64,000 nucleotides of DNA from Kiritimatiellia bacterium (GTDB taxonomy: Bacteria > Verrucomicrobiota > Kiritimatiellia > RFP12 > UBA1067). Of the stretch, positions 35,893 through 45,992 are shown in pieces (the stretch's first letter is position 1; the number at the start of each line of letters is the position of its first letter). The translations under genes and the position numbers were made by a program. The notes beneath the pieces are model-generated. The model was not told the DNA's origin, searched no databases, and was given only the letters and a program-made list of their open reading frames with translations. The DNA lies in NCBI GenBank assembly GCA_046482825.1, contig JAWOEI010000079.1, positions 146-64,145 of the forward strand, read 5' to 3'.

Positions 35893-36504
35893 ATGAGCTT
35901 TATTGTTGCTGTAGGATGGCTGATTTTTTTAACTTTTGTTCCGGGACTCGAGGCACGTGCCTCGCTCCCCTTTGCTTTTTTCAACGGAGGAGTGCGTGAT
36001 GTACTGGGACTTCCTTTCTCTATTGCGCTTTGTTTTATTATCAACATTCTGGTTGGAATTATGACTTTCCGTCTTATGGGGCCTGTTGTTCAGATATTCC
36101 GGAAATGGATTTTTTTTGAAAAGTATATCTGGCCGCGATTCGAGAAAACACAGTATAAGCTGCATCCTTATGTAGAAAAATACGGCGAGTGGGGGCTGGC
36201 TCTGTTCATAGGTATTCCTCTGCCCGGGACAGGAGCCTATACCGGTGCTTTCGGTGCCTATCTCATAGGTTTTGACAAACGCCGTTTCCTGATTGCCAAC
36301 CTCCTGGGAGTGATGCTCGCATTTACAACTATATCCTCGATTTGCGTTCTTGTTGAAAAAGGCGCTGTTGCGGAGGACAGCATTATCAGAAGGATTTTTA
36401 TAAAAAAGTGCGTTAACCCCGCTGCTCCGGAACACGCTGTTCTTCCTGATTGTTCTGCTTTTAAGGAATATAATGCCGCCAAAGCACCTGGTCCGTATAG
36501 GTAA
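35893..36504 (+). CDS. small membrane protein, putative small multidrug export family (PF06695-like)
   Basis: 203 aa with 4-5 TM helices. Family hallmark GIPLPGTGAYTGA. Confidence 0.6.
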   Translation: MSFIVAVGWLIFLTFVPGLEARASLPFAFFNGGVRDVLGLPFSIALCFIINILVGIMTFRLMGPVVQIFRKWIFFEKYIWPRFEKTQYKLHPYVEKYGEWGLALFIGIPLPGTGAYTGAFGAYLIGFDKRRFLIANLLGVMLAFTTISSICVLVEKGAVAEDSIIRRIFIKKCVNPAAPEHAVLPDCSAFKEYNAAKAPGPYR

Positions 36505-36576
36505 ACAAGCCTTTCTGTCCGGTGTGATATGTGAAGAATTGAATTTTATGTTATCTGCAATTTATATGGATTGATT

Positions 36577-37569
36577 ATGAAAAACACGGCAGGAAAAGCA
36601 CGCGGATTAAGCCTTTTTTCCGGAGGACTGGACAGCCAGTTGGCTGTCTGTGTTCTGCGTGATCAGAATGTTTACGTGGAAGGGGTTGTTTTTAAAAGTC
36701 CGTTTTTCAAAATAACCTCTGCTCTTCGTTCCGCGGAGGCTATGGATTTAAAAATTCATGTCTTTGATTTCACGACTGATATTTTACAGCTGCTCAACAA
36801 CCCGCCACACGGTTTCGGAGGCAATCTGAATCCGTGTATTGATTGTCATGCCCTGATGATTAAGCGTGCCGCTGAAATGATGTCAGAAAAGGGATATGAC
36901 TTTATCGCCACAGGCGAGGTATTGAATCAGCGTCCCATGTCCCAGCGTCGTCAGGCAATGGATATTGTGGAAAAAAGTTCCGGTCTGCACGGCAGACTGC
37001 TCCGCCCTCTGAGCGCATTGCATTTTGAACCGACCATTCCTGAAGAGGAAGGTCTTATTGATCGTTCCGCATTGCTTGATCTTCATGGACGTAACCGCAA
37101 ACCGCAGCTGGAACTGGCTCATAAATTCGGATTGAAAAATTATCCTTCTCCGGCAGGGGGGTGTCTTCTCACTGAAAAAGGATTCTGCGGCAAACTCAGT
37201 GATATGCTCAATCATGAAGGCTTCAGGAACGAACGATTGGCATGGCTTTTACTGACAGGCCGCCACCTGCGTCTTCCCGGCGGCAGTAAATGCATTATCG
37301 GCCGCAACAGCCGGGATAACGCAAGGCTGAAAAAAATCAGACAGAATAACGATGTTCTCGTTCATACGGTTGATATTCCCGGTCCCAGCGCTTTGCTACC
37401 TTCGGGGGCTGTTGATGAGGATATTACTCTTGCCGCTTCGATCTGTGCTTCATACGGTGATTATGGCGATCGTGACAGGGTTGTCGTCCGCTTCCGCAAA
37501 GGGGAAGAATCCTGCGATATGACCGTACCTGTTATTGATCGTGATAATTTCAGGGAATTTATCCTGTGA
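36577..37569 (+). CDS. PP-loop ATP pyrophosphatase, ThiI/MnmA-like sulfurtransferase domain without a THUMP domain
   Basis: PP-loop SLFSGGLDS at the extreme N-terminus. NPCIDCHALM and ATGEVLNQRPMSQ resemble the ThiI adenylation domain. The C-terminal about 130 aa is unassigned. Start is ATG 36577 or TTG 36571. Confidence 0.6.
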   Translation: MKNTAGKARGLSLFSGGLDSQLAVCVLRDQNVYVEGVVFKSPFFKITSALRSAEAMDLKIHVFDFTTDILQLLNNPPHGFGGNLNPCIDCHALMIKRAAEMMSEKGYDFIATGEVLNQRPMSQRRQAMDIVEKSSGLHGRLLRPLSALHFEPTIPEEEGLIDRSALLDLHGRNRKPQLELAHKFGLKNYPSPAGGCLLTEKGFCGKLSDMLNHEGFRNERLAWLLLTGRHLRLPGGSKCIIGRNSRDNARLKKIRQNNDVLVHTVDIPGPSALLPSGAVDEDITLAASICASYGDYGDRDRVVVRFRKGEESCDMTVPVIDRDNFREFIL

Positions 37570-37963
37570 TTTCACGGCAGGCCTCCAGCAGCTTATCGGG
37601 GGGGCGTATTGGCCGCATAGTTTCGATATCGCAGTTGACATGAATGGTGTAGCCGTCTGCCAATAGTTTCCCGTTACATCGGACTTCACAGTATATCTTC
37701 AGACGCACCCCCTTGAATTTTTCACACCAGCCGGTAATCTCAAGAATATCATCATAGGTGGCCGGCAGATGGTAATTTACGCGGGCCTCTTTCACGGGTA
37801 GAGCAAAACCCATAGATTCCAGCTCTCTGTAGGACATCCCTGCTACCCGCAGAACCTCATTGCGGGAACGCTCAAAGTAAATAAGGTAATTTGCGTAATA
37901 GACCACCTGCATCTGATCTGTATCCGCATAGGGAACTCTGTATTGAATGGTAACTTTTTTCAT
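37559..37963 (-). CDS. acyl-CoA thioesterase, YbgC/4HBT hotdog family
   Basis: 134 aa. RVPYADTDQMQVVYYANYLIYFE carries the catalytic Asp context typical of YbgC/FadM. Overlaps the convergent PP-loop gene by 11 nt. Confidence 0.8.
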   Translation of the reverse strand: MKKVTIQYRVPYADTDQMQVVYYANYLIYFERSRNEVLRVAGMSYRELESMGFALPVKEARVNYHLPATYDDILEITGWCEKFKGVRLKIYCEVRCNGKLLADGYTIHVNCDIETMRPIRPPDKLLEACREITG

Positions 37964-38025
37964 TATCTCTAAAGTTGCTTTCAGTCACATCCCGGCTCAG
38001 ATCATCGGCCGGACCCAGCATAATT

Positions 38026-38985
38026 TCAAAACTTCCGGTTGTTTTGCTTACATGTCTGTGAGCTTACAAACATTTCACCTTTCAGATGTTGTAAATCAAT
38101 TTTACCATTCCGGGCCAGATTTTCCAGCCTGATTACAAGCTGATCATGTGCAATATCGAATTGCCCGGTAAGTTGCTTCGCAGAGGCGGGATGACGCCTG
38201 GTTAGCTGCAAAACCGCTTCATCACTGTAATGTATTTTTTTCACTTGCGGCAATGCAACCGGTTTTACGGCAATATCACCGAATAACCCCGCCAGTTTAT
38301 CCATGCTTTCCTTCGATGCCTCTTTAACGGCTGATTCCGCTGGCGGACGGACTGCGGTGTTGAGAAAAACAGAGTCAGGCCGGAAAGTTGATGCAATCTC
38401 CGCAATGTTTAGCATCTGTTCTTTGGAATCATTGACTCCCGGTACAACAAACACCTCAAGATCAATCCTGCCTGTGAATTCATTACGAAAAGCGCGGTAT
38501 CCTTCTATGATTTTCCTGAATCGCAGTGATGGATGCGCCCGGGTTATTCTACTGAAGGTCTCCTGATTCCACGCATGGAGCGACAATTTGACAATATCGG
38601 CGTTTAAAGCCTGTCTCCTGATATCCTCCATAAAAAAGAGCGATCCGTTGGAAAGAAGCAACGATGGGTAAGTTGTGTGTTTTCTGATATAAGCGAGAAC
38701 CCTTCCGAATTCACCGTTCAGCGTCGGCTCTCCCGAACCGGCAAGAGTGATAACATCGCACTGGCCCTTATTTTCCATCCATACTTCAATTTCGCCTATG
38801 ACAGAATCAGCAGGAGGACTTTTCTGCTGCTGAACTGTTGTGGATTCGGTTTCACCTATCTGGCAGAACACACAGTTGAAAGAACATGTCTTCGGCTCAA
38901 CCATGTCAACCCCCAACGAACGCCCGTAACGCCTTGAAAAAACCGGACCGAAAAGATATCTGTATGTACTGGCTTCTTTTTCCAT
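38026..38985 (-). CDS. radical SAM protein with C-terminal winged-helix-like tail
   Basis: 319 aa. CxxxCxxC cluster motif CSFNCVFC. A GSGEPTL glycine-rich SAM motif is present. Confidence 0.75.
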   Translation of the reverse strand: MEKEASTYRYLFGPVFSRRYGRSLGVDMVEPKTCSFNCVFCQIGETESTTVQQQKSPPADSVIGEIEVWMENKGQCDVITLAGSGEPTLNGEFGRVLAYIRKHTTYPSLLLSNGSLFFMEDIRRQALNADIVKLSLHAWNQETFSRITRAHPSLRFRKIIEGYRAFRNEFTGRIDLEVFVVPGVNDSKEQMLNIAEIASTFRPDSVFLNTAVRPPAESAVKEASKESMDKLAGLFGDIAVKPVALPQVKKIHYSDEAVLQLTRRHPASAKQLTGQFDIAHDQLVIRLENLARNGKIDLQHLKGEMFVSSQTCKQNNRKF

Positions 38986-39022
38986 GTATTACCCGATTAT
39001 TCCATATTTCCCTTCTCGCAGA

Positions 39023-39688
39023 TCAATCCTTTGACAGCGCATTCAGCTGCTTGTCTGAACCGAAAACCAGCAGTTTGTCTTCCGGCAGAATGGTTTCATC
39101 CGCATTGGGAATAATGACATCGCGGGGAGCAGTAGGATCCTTTGACATCCGGCGTACGCAGAGTACTGTAACACCGAATTTTTTGCGTACTCCAACCTCG
39201 GCCAGCGTTTTGTTCCGCAACGGTTCCGGCACATCGATTTCGGCAATGTTAAAACCGTCAGAGATCTCAAAAAGGTCGATAGACCCACGTGAAAGCAGAG
39301 TGTGGGCCAGACGCTGCGCTCTGTCCCTGTTGGGGTAAACCACAACATCAGCACCGACCCGGTAAAGGATTTTACCATGCATATCGGAATTGGCTTTTGC
39401 GATAACATTTTTGACCTTCAGCTCTTTGCAGTTCACTGTGGCCATGATGCTGCCCTCAATGTTGGAGCCGATTGCAACCACAATCACATCGCAATCCTGG
39501 AAACCGGCATCTTCAAGTGAACGTATATTAGTGGCATCGCCCTCCACCGCTTTGGTGACAAACTGCGAAAACTCCTGTATCAGTTCACTCCTCTTGTCAA
39601 TCATCAGTATTTCAGCTCCGCGTTCAGCCAGACTTTCAGCCAGCTCCGCTCCGAAACGTCCTGCTCCGATTATTCCGATTCTTTTCAT
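39023..39688 (-). CDS. trkA: potassium uptake protein TrkA/KtrA (RCK domain)
   Basis: 221 aa. Rossmann IGIIGAGRFG followed by a C-terminal RCK_C. Confidence 0.85.
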   Translation of the reverse strand: MKRIGIIGAGRFGAELAESLAERGAEILMIDKRSELIQEFSQFVTKAVEGDATNIRSLEDAGFQDCDVIVVAIGSNIEGSIMATVNCKELKVKNVIAKANSDMHGKILYRVGADVVVYPNRDRAQRLAHTLLSRGSIDLFEISDGFNIAEIDVPEPLRNKTLAEVGVRKKFGVTVLCVRRMSKDPTAPRDVIIPNADETILPEDKLLVFGSDKQLNALSKD

Positions 39689-39735
39689 ATTAAATCCGTC
39701 TGTCTGTTTTGTTTGTTAAAAACTGTCTGCACCTA

Positions 39736-41139
39736 TTACCCGACCTCTATTTCCTCCTCAGGGTAACGGATGCGTTCGACAATCTTTCTGTTTCCTATGA
39801 GCAAAGCGGCTGTCATCGGCCCCAGTCTGCCCACATACATGCAGACCATTATAATAAACTCTCCCATACGGGACAATGTCGGTGTTGTATCCATGGACAG
39901 TCCGACAGTGGCAAAAGCCGATACAGTTTCAAAAAAAAGATTGCTGGCTCTGCCCGGAGTTTCCGGTTGTTCGGAGTGCAGAAGTAAAGCGTAGGCGCAT
40001 AGAACGCCGAAAAGAAACAGAAGAAAAATAATTATTGCCTCACGGACAACTCTCGGAGGAACGCACCGATGGGCGATAATCGTCTGGCTGCGGCCCTTGC
40101 AGATAGAGATGATTGTCATTATCAGAACAAAAAGTGTTGTGGTTTTAATGCCTCCAGCTGCTGACCCGGGCGAGCCGCCTACAAACATGAGAAGGGATGT
40201 TGTAAAACGGGTTGATTCGTGAAGTTCTGTCATCGGTACAGCGTTGAATCCCGCTGTACGCGGAGTCATGGCCTGAAAAAAAGATGTGCATATTTTATTG
40301 TGCAACATAGGAATATCTCCGAGAGTATTATCCCATTCCTGGAAAAGAATCAGTACTGTGCTCACAGACAATAGCACCAGGGTTGATAAAAGTACAACCC
40401 GGGAATGCAGACTTATCCGTCCGCGCGTCATCAGGTTCCGCCGCCATAACTTAAGCTGTGTTATGTTAAAAATCACAATAAACCCCAGACCTCCGGTTAT
40501 AACCAGGGCGGAAACGGTCAGCATATATACAGGAGAATTCTGAAAATATACCAGACTGCTGCTGTGCAGCGAGAAACCGGCATTACAGAATGCGCTTATT
40601 GAATGAAAAACTGCATAATAAATGGGTTTGGCTGCTCCGTTTCCCATAAGATCCGCATATTCCTCCGGCGGAAAAAGGTAACACTGCCATAACAGAATTG
40701 CCCCAGTGGCCTCAAATAACAGAGTAAAAATGATGGTAAGTTTGAGCAATGACCGCAGACTGTACGCATCGTCTGTGCCGTATGTATTCATGAGCACATT
40801 TTCGCTTTGAAGAGAAAGTCTCTGACCGACAACAACCAGGAGGAAAGTTCCTATTGTCATTATGCCCAGTCCTCCCAGCTGAATAAGCATAAGCACGACA
40901 AGCTGACCGAAAAGGGTCAGTTCCGTGCCTATATCAATAACAGTCAGTCCTGTAACACACACAGCACTGGTTGCCGTGAAAAATGCGGATAACGGCTGCA
41001 GAGAACCATCAGCAACACTGGCAAAAGGAAGCATCAGTAAAAAGGCGCCGATCACAATGGCGGCAAAGAACACGCCTGCGGCAATCCACTGAGGCGGAAG
41101 GGCTCTTTTTGTATTTTTATCAGCAAGGTTTATTTTCAC
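39736..41139 (-). CDS. trkH: potassium transporter TrkH/KtrB
   Basis: 467 aa, multi-TM. Filter-like glycine motifs occur in four repeats (TGLT, QLGGLG, NAGFS, TVGLS). Confidence 0.85.
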   Translation of the reverse strand: MKINLADKNTKRALPPQWIAAGVFFAAIVIGAFLLMLPFASVADGSLQPLSAFFTATSAVCVTGLTVIDIGTELTLFGQLVVLMLIQLGGLGIMTIGTFLLVVVGQRLSLQSENVLMNTYGTDDAYSLRSLLKLTIIFTLLFEATGAILLWQCYLFPPEEYADLMGNGAAKPIYYAVFHSISAFCNAGFSLHSSSLVYFQNSPVYMLTVSALVITGGLGFIVIFNITQLKLWRRNLMTRGRISLHSRVVLLSTLVLLSVSTVLILFQEWDNTLGDIPMLHNKICTSFFQAMTPRTAGFNAVPMTELHESTRFTTSLLMFVGGSPGSAAGGIKTTTLFVLIMTIISICKGRSQTIIAHRCVPPRVVREAIIIFLLFLFGVLCAYALLLHSEQPETPGRASNLFFETVSAFATVGLSMDTTPTLSRMGEFIIMVCMYVGRLGPMTAALLIGNRKIVERIRYPEEEIEVG

Positions 41140-41231
41140 ATCACCCCAGAGTCTGCCACATTTTTATAAAAGGCGCAATTTCGAAACTTGCCGGATGTGA
41201 CATAGCATCCTGTTATGCATTCTGCACCATG

Positions 41232-43022
41232 TCAGGCTTCACCTGCCTCAACGGCGCGTTCCTCAATGAAAGTCCAGCGTTCAAAGAGTTCTTCCAGCTC
41301 GGTTTCCGCCCGGGGCAGGCGTTCGGATGTTCTTTCAGCCTTTTCAGGATCATTCTGATATACCATAGGGTCAGAAATTATCTCATGCAGTTCTGCTATT
41401 TCCTTTTCCAGACGCTCAATACGGCCAGGAAGCTCTTCACGTTCACATTTTTCTCTGTAACTTAAACGTATATTCTTTTTCGGCTTTTTATTGCGTTGCG
41501 GCTTTTCTTTTTTCGGAGGAGATGGTTCTTGCGTCCGGCGCTGAGTCAGCCAGTCACTGTAACCGCCCGGATACATACCGACATTCCCGCAGCCTTCCAG
41601 AACAAGAGTACCGGTAACAACATTGTCCAGAAAAGAGCGGTCATGACTGACAAGCAGCAGGGTGCCCTGATAATTCGCCAGCTGTTCTTCCAGCAGTTCC
41701 AGAGTCTCCACATCAAGGTCATTGGTCGGTTCATCCATGACAAGCAGATTGCCAGGACGTGTAAAGAGTTTTGCCAGCAAGAGACGGGCCTTTTCTCCTC
41801 CTGAAAGGGCGCCGACGCGTGTCCGTGCCCGTTCGGCTGAAAACAGAAACTCTTCCAGATAACCGTAAACATGTTTGCGGTGACCGTTTATAACAACTTC
41901 ATCGCGGTCTTCCGCGATATTTTCAATAATACTTCTGTTCAGATCCAGTCTGCTGCGCAACTGATCAAGAAAAGCCATCTCTATACGGGTGCCGAGTTTT
42001 ATTTCTCCTGAATCCGGTTTCAACCGGCCGCAGAGCAAATTGATCAGCGTAGTCTTGCCGGATCCGTTCGGACCGATAATTCCGATTCTTTCTCCGCGGA
42101 TGATCTTTGCGGAGAAATCTTTGATCACAGGGGGGGTGTCAGGCCATGCGTATGATGCGTTTTCAATTTTTATCACCTGTTCACCGGAAAAGCTGGCTGA
42201 ATTGATATTCAATTTACTTACGCCTGTTTCCCTCCGCCTCTGCCGGAACTGATCTCGCAGACTTTCGAGTGAGCTGACACGTCCTTCGTTACGTGTCCGC
42301 CGGGCTTTGACACCCTTACGCAGCCAGGCCTCCTCCCTTGCGAGCAGTTTGCCTTTGCGTTCCCAGTAAACAGCTTCATCATTGAGGAGTTCCTGCTTGC
42401 GTTGCAGAAAGGTTCTGTAATCGCAATTCCATCCTGAAAGCTCTCCGCGATCAAGATCCAGCACCTTATTTGCCACACCTTGCAGAAATGAACGGTCATG
42501 GGTTACAAACAATGTGGCGAAGCGGCTGCGCTGCAGATGTTTTTCCAGCCATTCAATGGTGGCTATATCCAGATGATTGGTAGGTTCATCCAGTAACAGC
42601 AGGTGAGGTTCAGCAGCCAGGGCCCTTGCCAGAAGAACACGACGGCGCATACCTCCTGACAGGTTGCTGAATGTCGCATTTCCCTCAATTCCCAGTTCAG
42701 TCAGATAACGCTGTGCACCGGGATGGTTTTCCTGCTTTCCGACATGCGTTATTCCGGCATCAACAATTTCTTCTGCTGTGCCGGGCATATCGGCGGGAAC
42801 GTCCTGTGAAAGTGTCGCAACACGTAGGTCAGGCTGACGGATGATCTTTCCGCTGTCCGGTTCCAGGTCTCCGCTGAGTATTTTGAGCAATGTTGATTTT
42901 CCTTCTCCATTCCGCCCGGTAACGCAGGCCCGCTCTCCGCTCTCTATATTAAGAGTTATGTTATCGAGAACAACCGGTCCGCCGAACTGGATGGAGACCT
43001 CTTTTAAACTGATTAATGCCAT
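41232..43022 (-). CDS. ABC-F family ATPase (Uup/EttA-type, two NBDs, no TM domain, C-terminal coiled coil)
   Basis: 596 aa. Walker A GRNGEGKST and GPNGSGKTT. Signatures LSGGMRRRV and LSGGEKARL. C-terminus is rich in K/E/R. Confidence 0.88.
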   Translation of the reverse strand: MALISLKEVSIQFGGPVVLDNITLNIESGERACVTGRNGEGKSTLLKILSGDLEPDSGKIIRQPDLRVATLSQDVPADMPGTAEEIVDAGITHVGKQENHPGAQRYLTELGIEGNATFSNLSGGMRRRVLLARALAAEPHLLLLDEPTNHLDIATIEWLEKHLQRSRFATLFVTHDRSFLQGVANKVLDLDRGELSGWNCDYRTFLQRKQELLNDEAVYWERKGKLLAREEAWLRKGVKARRTRNEGRVSSLESLRDQFRQRRRETGVSKLNINSASFSGEQVIKIENASYAWPDTPPVIKDFSAKIIRGERIGIIGPNGSGKTTLINLLCGRLKPDSGEIKLGTRIEMAFLDQLRSRLDLNRSIIENIAEDRDEVVINGHRKHVYGYLEEFLFSAERARTRVGALSGGEKARLLLAKLFTRPGNLLVMDEPTNDLDVETLELLEEQLANYQGTLLLVSHDRSFLDNVVTGTLVLEGCGNVGMYPGGYSDWLTQRRTQEPSPPKKEKPQRNKKPKKNIRLSYREKCEREELPGRIERLEKEIAELHEIISDPMVYQNDPEKAERTSERLPRAETELEELFERWTFIEERAVEAGEA

Positions 43023-43159
43023 AGGCGCGTATTATATCATCAGATCTGAAATATACCCGTTGAAAAAGCAGTTTGCAGTTTCTTTTTGTGTTTTAACGGA
43101 AATCGGTTATAATCACGGAAGATTTTAATTCATAACCTCATCATATCGGAGCGTATCCT

Positions 43160-45892
43160 TTGAGCAGTCAGAATAACAAACTTTTTGTCATTGATGTAAT
43201 GCCCCTCCTCTACAGGGGGCACTTTGTGTTTCTACGAAATCCCCGTATGACAAGTGACGGTATAAACACTTCTTCTCTGTTTGTTTTCGCTTCATCGCTG
43301 ATGCAGCTGCTGGATGAATATAATCCCACACATGTGGCACTGGCATTTGATTCACGTACAAAAACATTCCGCCATGAAATTTACTCTGAATACAAGGCTA
43401 AGCGCGAGAAACTGCCGGAAGATATCGCTACCGGCATCGAAATGGCTCTTGAGCTGGCGGATGCCTTGCGCATTCCTTCTGTAAGAGTGGACGGATATGA
43501 GGCCGATGATGTAATGGGCACTCTTTCGCGTATGGCGGTGGAAGCAGGCTGGGAAGCCTGGCTTTCCACACCTGATAAGGATATTGCCCAGCTGGTTGCC
43601 CCCGGCATTTATCTTCACCGTCCCGGCAAATCCGGTGCGACATCGGAAGTTTACGATGAAGCCGGAGTCTGTGAAAACTGGGGAATCAGTTCTGTTCCGC
43701 AGATGATAGATCTGCTGGGCCTGGCTGGCGATACTTCTGATAATATACCGGGCATACCCGGTGTAGGGGAAAAGACCGCACAGAAGCTTCTAGCGGAATA
43801 CGGTACACTTGAAAATGTTCTGGCGCACTCGGCTGATCTGAAAGGAAAGCTGGCAGAAAAAGTGCGTGACGGGGCTGAATCCGCCCGGCTGAGTTATGAT
43901 CTGGTACGCATCAGACGTGATATTCCTCTGGGAGTTGAACTCGATGATCTCGAACGCGGCCGGCCGGATCAGGAAAAAATCCTGAATGTTCTCCGAAAAT
44001 ACGAACTCAATACTATAGGCAAACGTATGTTCGGCGAGTCCTATGCTGCGGGCTCTACGGATGGAAACAAAATAAAAAATCTTTATGATATTGAGCATAC
44101 CTACAGCTGCGTGAAAGATGAAACGCAGCTATCCGCTCTTATGTCGGTTCTGGAATCAAAATCAGTCTGGGCTTTTGATACGGAAACCAACGGACTCGAC
44201 CCTCGTCATGATTCGCTCGTGGGACTCTCTTTCGCAACGGAGCCGGGACGCGCCTGGTATGTGCCCGTGCCTGCAGACCGCTCTGAATGCCGCGCCTTTC
44301 TGGAAAAATTCAAGTCTCTTTTTGAAAATGAATCCATTACAAAACTGGGGCATAACGTCAAATTTGATATATCCATGCTGATGCAGTACGGTATTTCTGT
44401 GAAAGGTCCTGTGCATGACAGCATGCTTGCTCATTATGTACTTGATGCCGCTGACAGACATGGAATGGATTATTTGGCCAGGCAAATTCTGAACTATGAA
44501 ACCATTCCCATTTCTTCACTCATAGGCGAAAAGAAACGAGGTAAAGAACAACTGAAAATGGGAGAACTCCCGCCGGATAAGATCTGCGATTATGCCGCTG
44601 AAGATGCCGATGTAACTCTGCGCCTGGATGCAGTACTGCGGAAAAAAGCGGAGGATGAAGGCTGCATTACGGCTCTTAGGGAAAGCGAAGAACCACTGAT
44701 CCGTGTTCTGGCTGAAATGGAATACGAGGGAGTGCGCATAGATGACAAAGCTCTGCGTGAATACGGACACGAACTGGACAGGGAGCTGTTGCAGCTCGAA
44801 ATAGAAATACGGGATATGGGCGGCGGAAATTTCAGCCCGTCCTCTCCGAAACAGCTGGGAGAAGTTCTCTTTGACCGACTGAAACTGGATGACAAAGCTA
44901 AACGTACCGCAAGCGGACAATTTGCTACGGGCGAAAGTGTTCTGATGAAAATACGCGACAGGCATCCTATTATCAACAAGGTGCTCGATTACCGCGCGTG
45001 TAGCAAGCTTAAGTCCACTTATGTGGATAAGCTGCCTCAGTGGATAGACCCTGCAACGGGACGTGTGCATACAAGTTTCAGTCAGGCCCAGACAGAAACC
45101 GGACGTCTCTCTTCTTCAGGTCCTAATCTGCAGAATATTCCTGTGCGTACAGAGCGGGGGCGTCACATACGCGCCGCTTTTGTGGCACGGGATGCAAACC
45201 ACCTTTTAATGTCCGCTGACTACTCTCAGATAGAATTGCGTATTATGGCCGCGTTCAGCCGTGACCCCGCCATGCTGGAATCTTTCCGTAAAAATCTGGA
45301 TGTTCACAGGGAAACAGCAGCCCGTGTCTATAATATGATGCCGGAACTTGTTACAGATGAAATGCGCAACGCAGCAAAAATGGTGAATTTCGGGATTATC
45401 TACGGAATATCGGCGTACGGATTGTCACAACGCCTGAATATATCCCGCAAGGCAGCTGCGGATTTGATCGACAATTACTTTATCAAATATCCGGGCGTGA
45501 AGAAGTATATGGACAAATCAATCGCGGCTGCCAGAGAAAAAGGCTATGCGGAAACCCTTTTAAAACGCCGCCGGTATCTGCGCGACATTAATTCGCGCAA
45601 CGGCACAACACGGCAGGGAGCGGAACGCAATGCCATCAACACTCCGATTCAGGGAACTTCCGCTGATCTTATCAAGCTGGCCATGGTAAAAATGGACAGG
45701 GCACTGAAAAAACGCGGTCTAAAAACAAAGATGGTGCTGCAGATTCACGATGAGCTCCTGTTTGATGTGCCGCGCAATGAGGTGGATGAGGTGCGGAATC
45801 TGGTTGCGGAAATTATGTCCGGAGTATATGATATAGGGGTTCTTATGAATGTCACAGTCGGGGTTGGGGATAACTGGCTGGAGGCGCATTAG
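43160..45892 (+). CDS. polA: DNA polymerase I
   Basis: 910 aa. Contains a 5'-nuclease domain, a 3'-5' exo-like domain, and polymerase motifs A DYSQIELR, B RNAAKMVNFGIIYG and C QIHDELLF. TTG start. Confidence 0.95.
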   Translation: MSSQNNKLFVIDVMPLLYRGHFVFLRNPRMTSDGINTSSLFVFASSLMQLLDEYNPTHVALAFDSRTKTFRHEIYSEYKAKREKLPEDIATGIEMALELADALRIPSVRVDGYEADDVMGTLSRMAVEAGWEAWLSTPDKDIAQLVAPGIYLHRPGKSGATSEVYDEAGVCENWGISSVPQMIDLLGLAGDTSDNIPGIPGVGEKTAQKLLAEYGTLENVLAHSADLKGKLAEKVRDGAESARLSYDLVRIRRDIPLGVELDDLERGRPDQEKILNVLRKYELNTIGKRMFGESYAAGSTDGNKIKNLYDIEHTYSCVKDETQLSALMSVLESKSVWAFDTETNGLDPRHDSLVGLSFATEPGRAWYVPVPADRSECRAFLEKFKSLFENESITKLGHNVKFDISMLMQYGISVKGPVHDSMLAHYVLDAADRHGMDYLARQILNYETIPISSLIGEKKRGKEQLKMGELPPDKICDYAAEDADVTLRLDAVLRKKAEDEGCITALRESEEPLIRVLAEMEYEGVRIDDKALREYGHELDRELLQLEIEIRDMGGGNFSPSSPKQLGEVLFDRLKLDDKAKRTASGQFATGESVLMKIRDRHPIINKVLDYRACSKLKSTYVDKLPQWIDPATGRVHTSFSQAQTETGRLSSSGPNLQNIPVRTERGRHIRAAFVARDANHLLMSADYSQIELRIMAAFSRDPAMLESFRKNLDVHRETAARVYNMMPELVTDEMRNAAKMVNFGIIYGISAYGLSQRLNISRKAAADLIDNYFIKYPGVKKYMDKSIAAAREKGYAETLLKRRRYLRDINSRNGTTRQGAERNAINTPIQGTSADLIKLAMVKMDRALKKRGLKTKMVLQIHDELLFDVPRNEVDEVRNLVAEIMSGVYDIGVLMNVTVGVGDNWLEAH

Positions 45893-45992
45893 CAGCCTGA
45901 CGGACGGCTTGCTGAACACGGCGCTGTGCTGAACCGACTGCACTCCGAGCCGTTGAAACAATCGTCACACATTATTCTGAAAAAGGAAACTG

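Noticed and set aside
41140-41231. A possible c-di-AMP (ydaO-type) or other riboswitch upstream of trkH
   Set aside because: The gap is only about 90 nt and shows no extended conserved-looking helices. That is too short for that riboswitch class.
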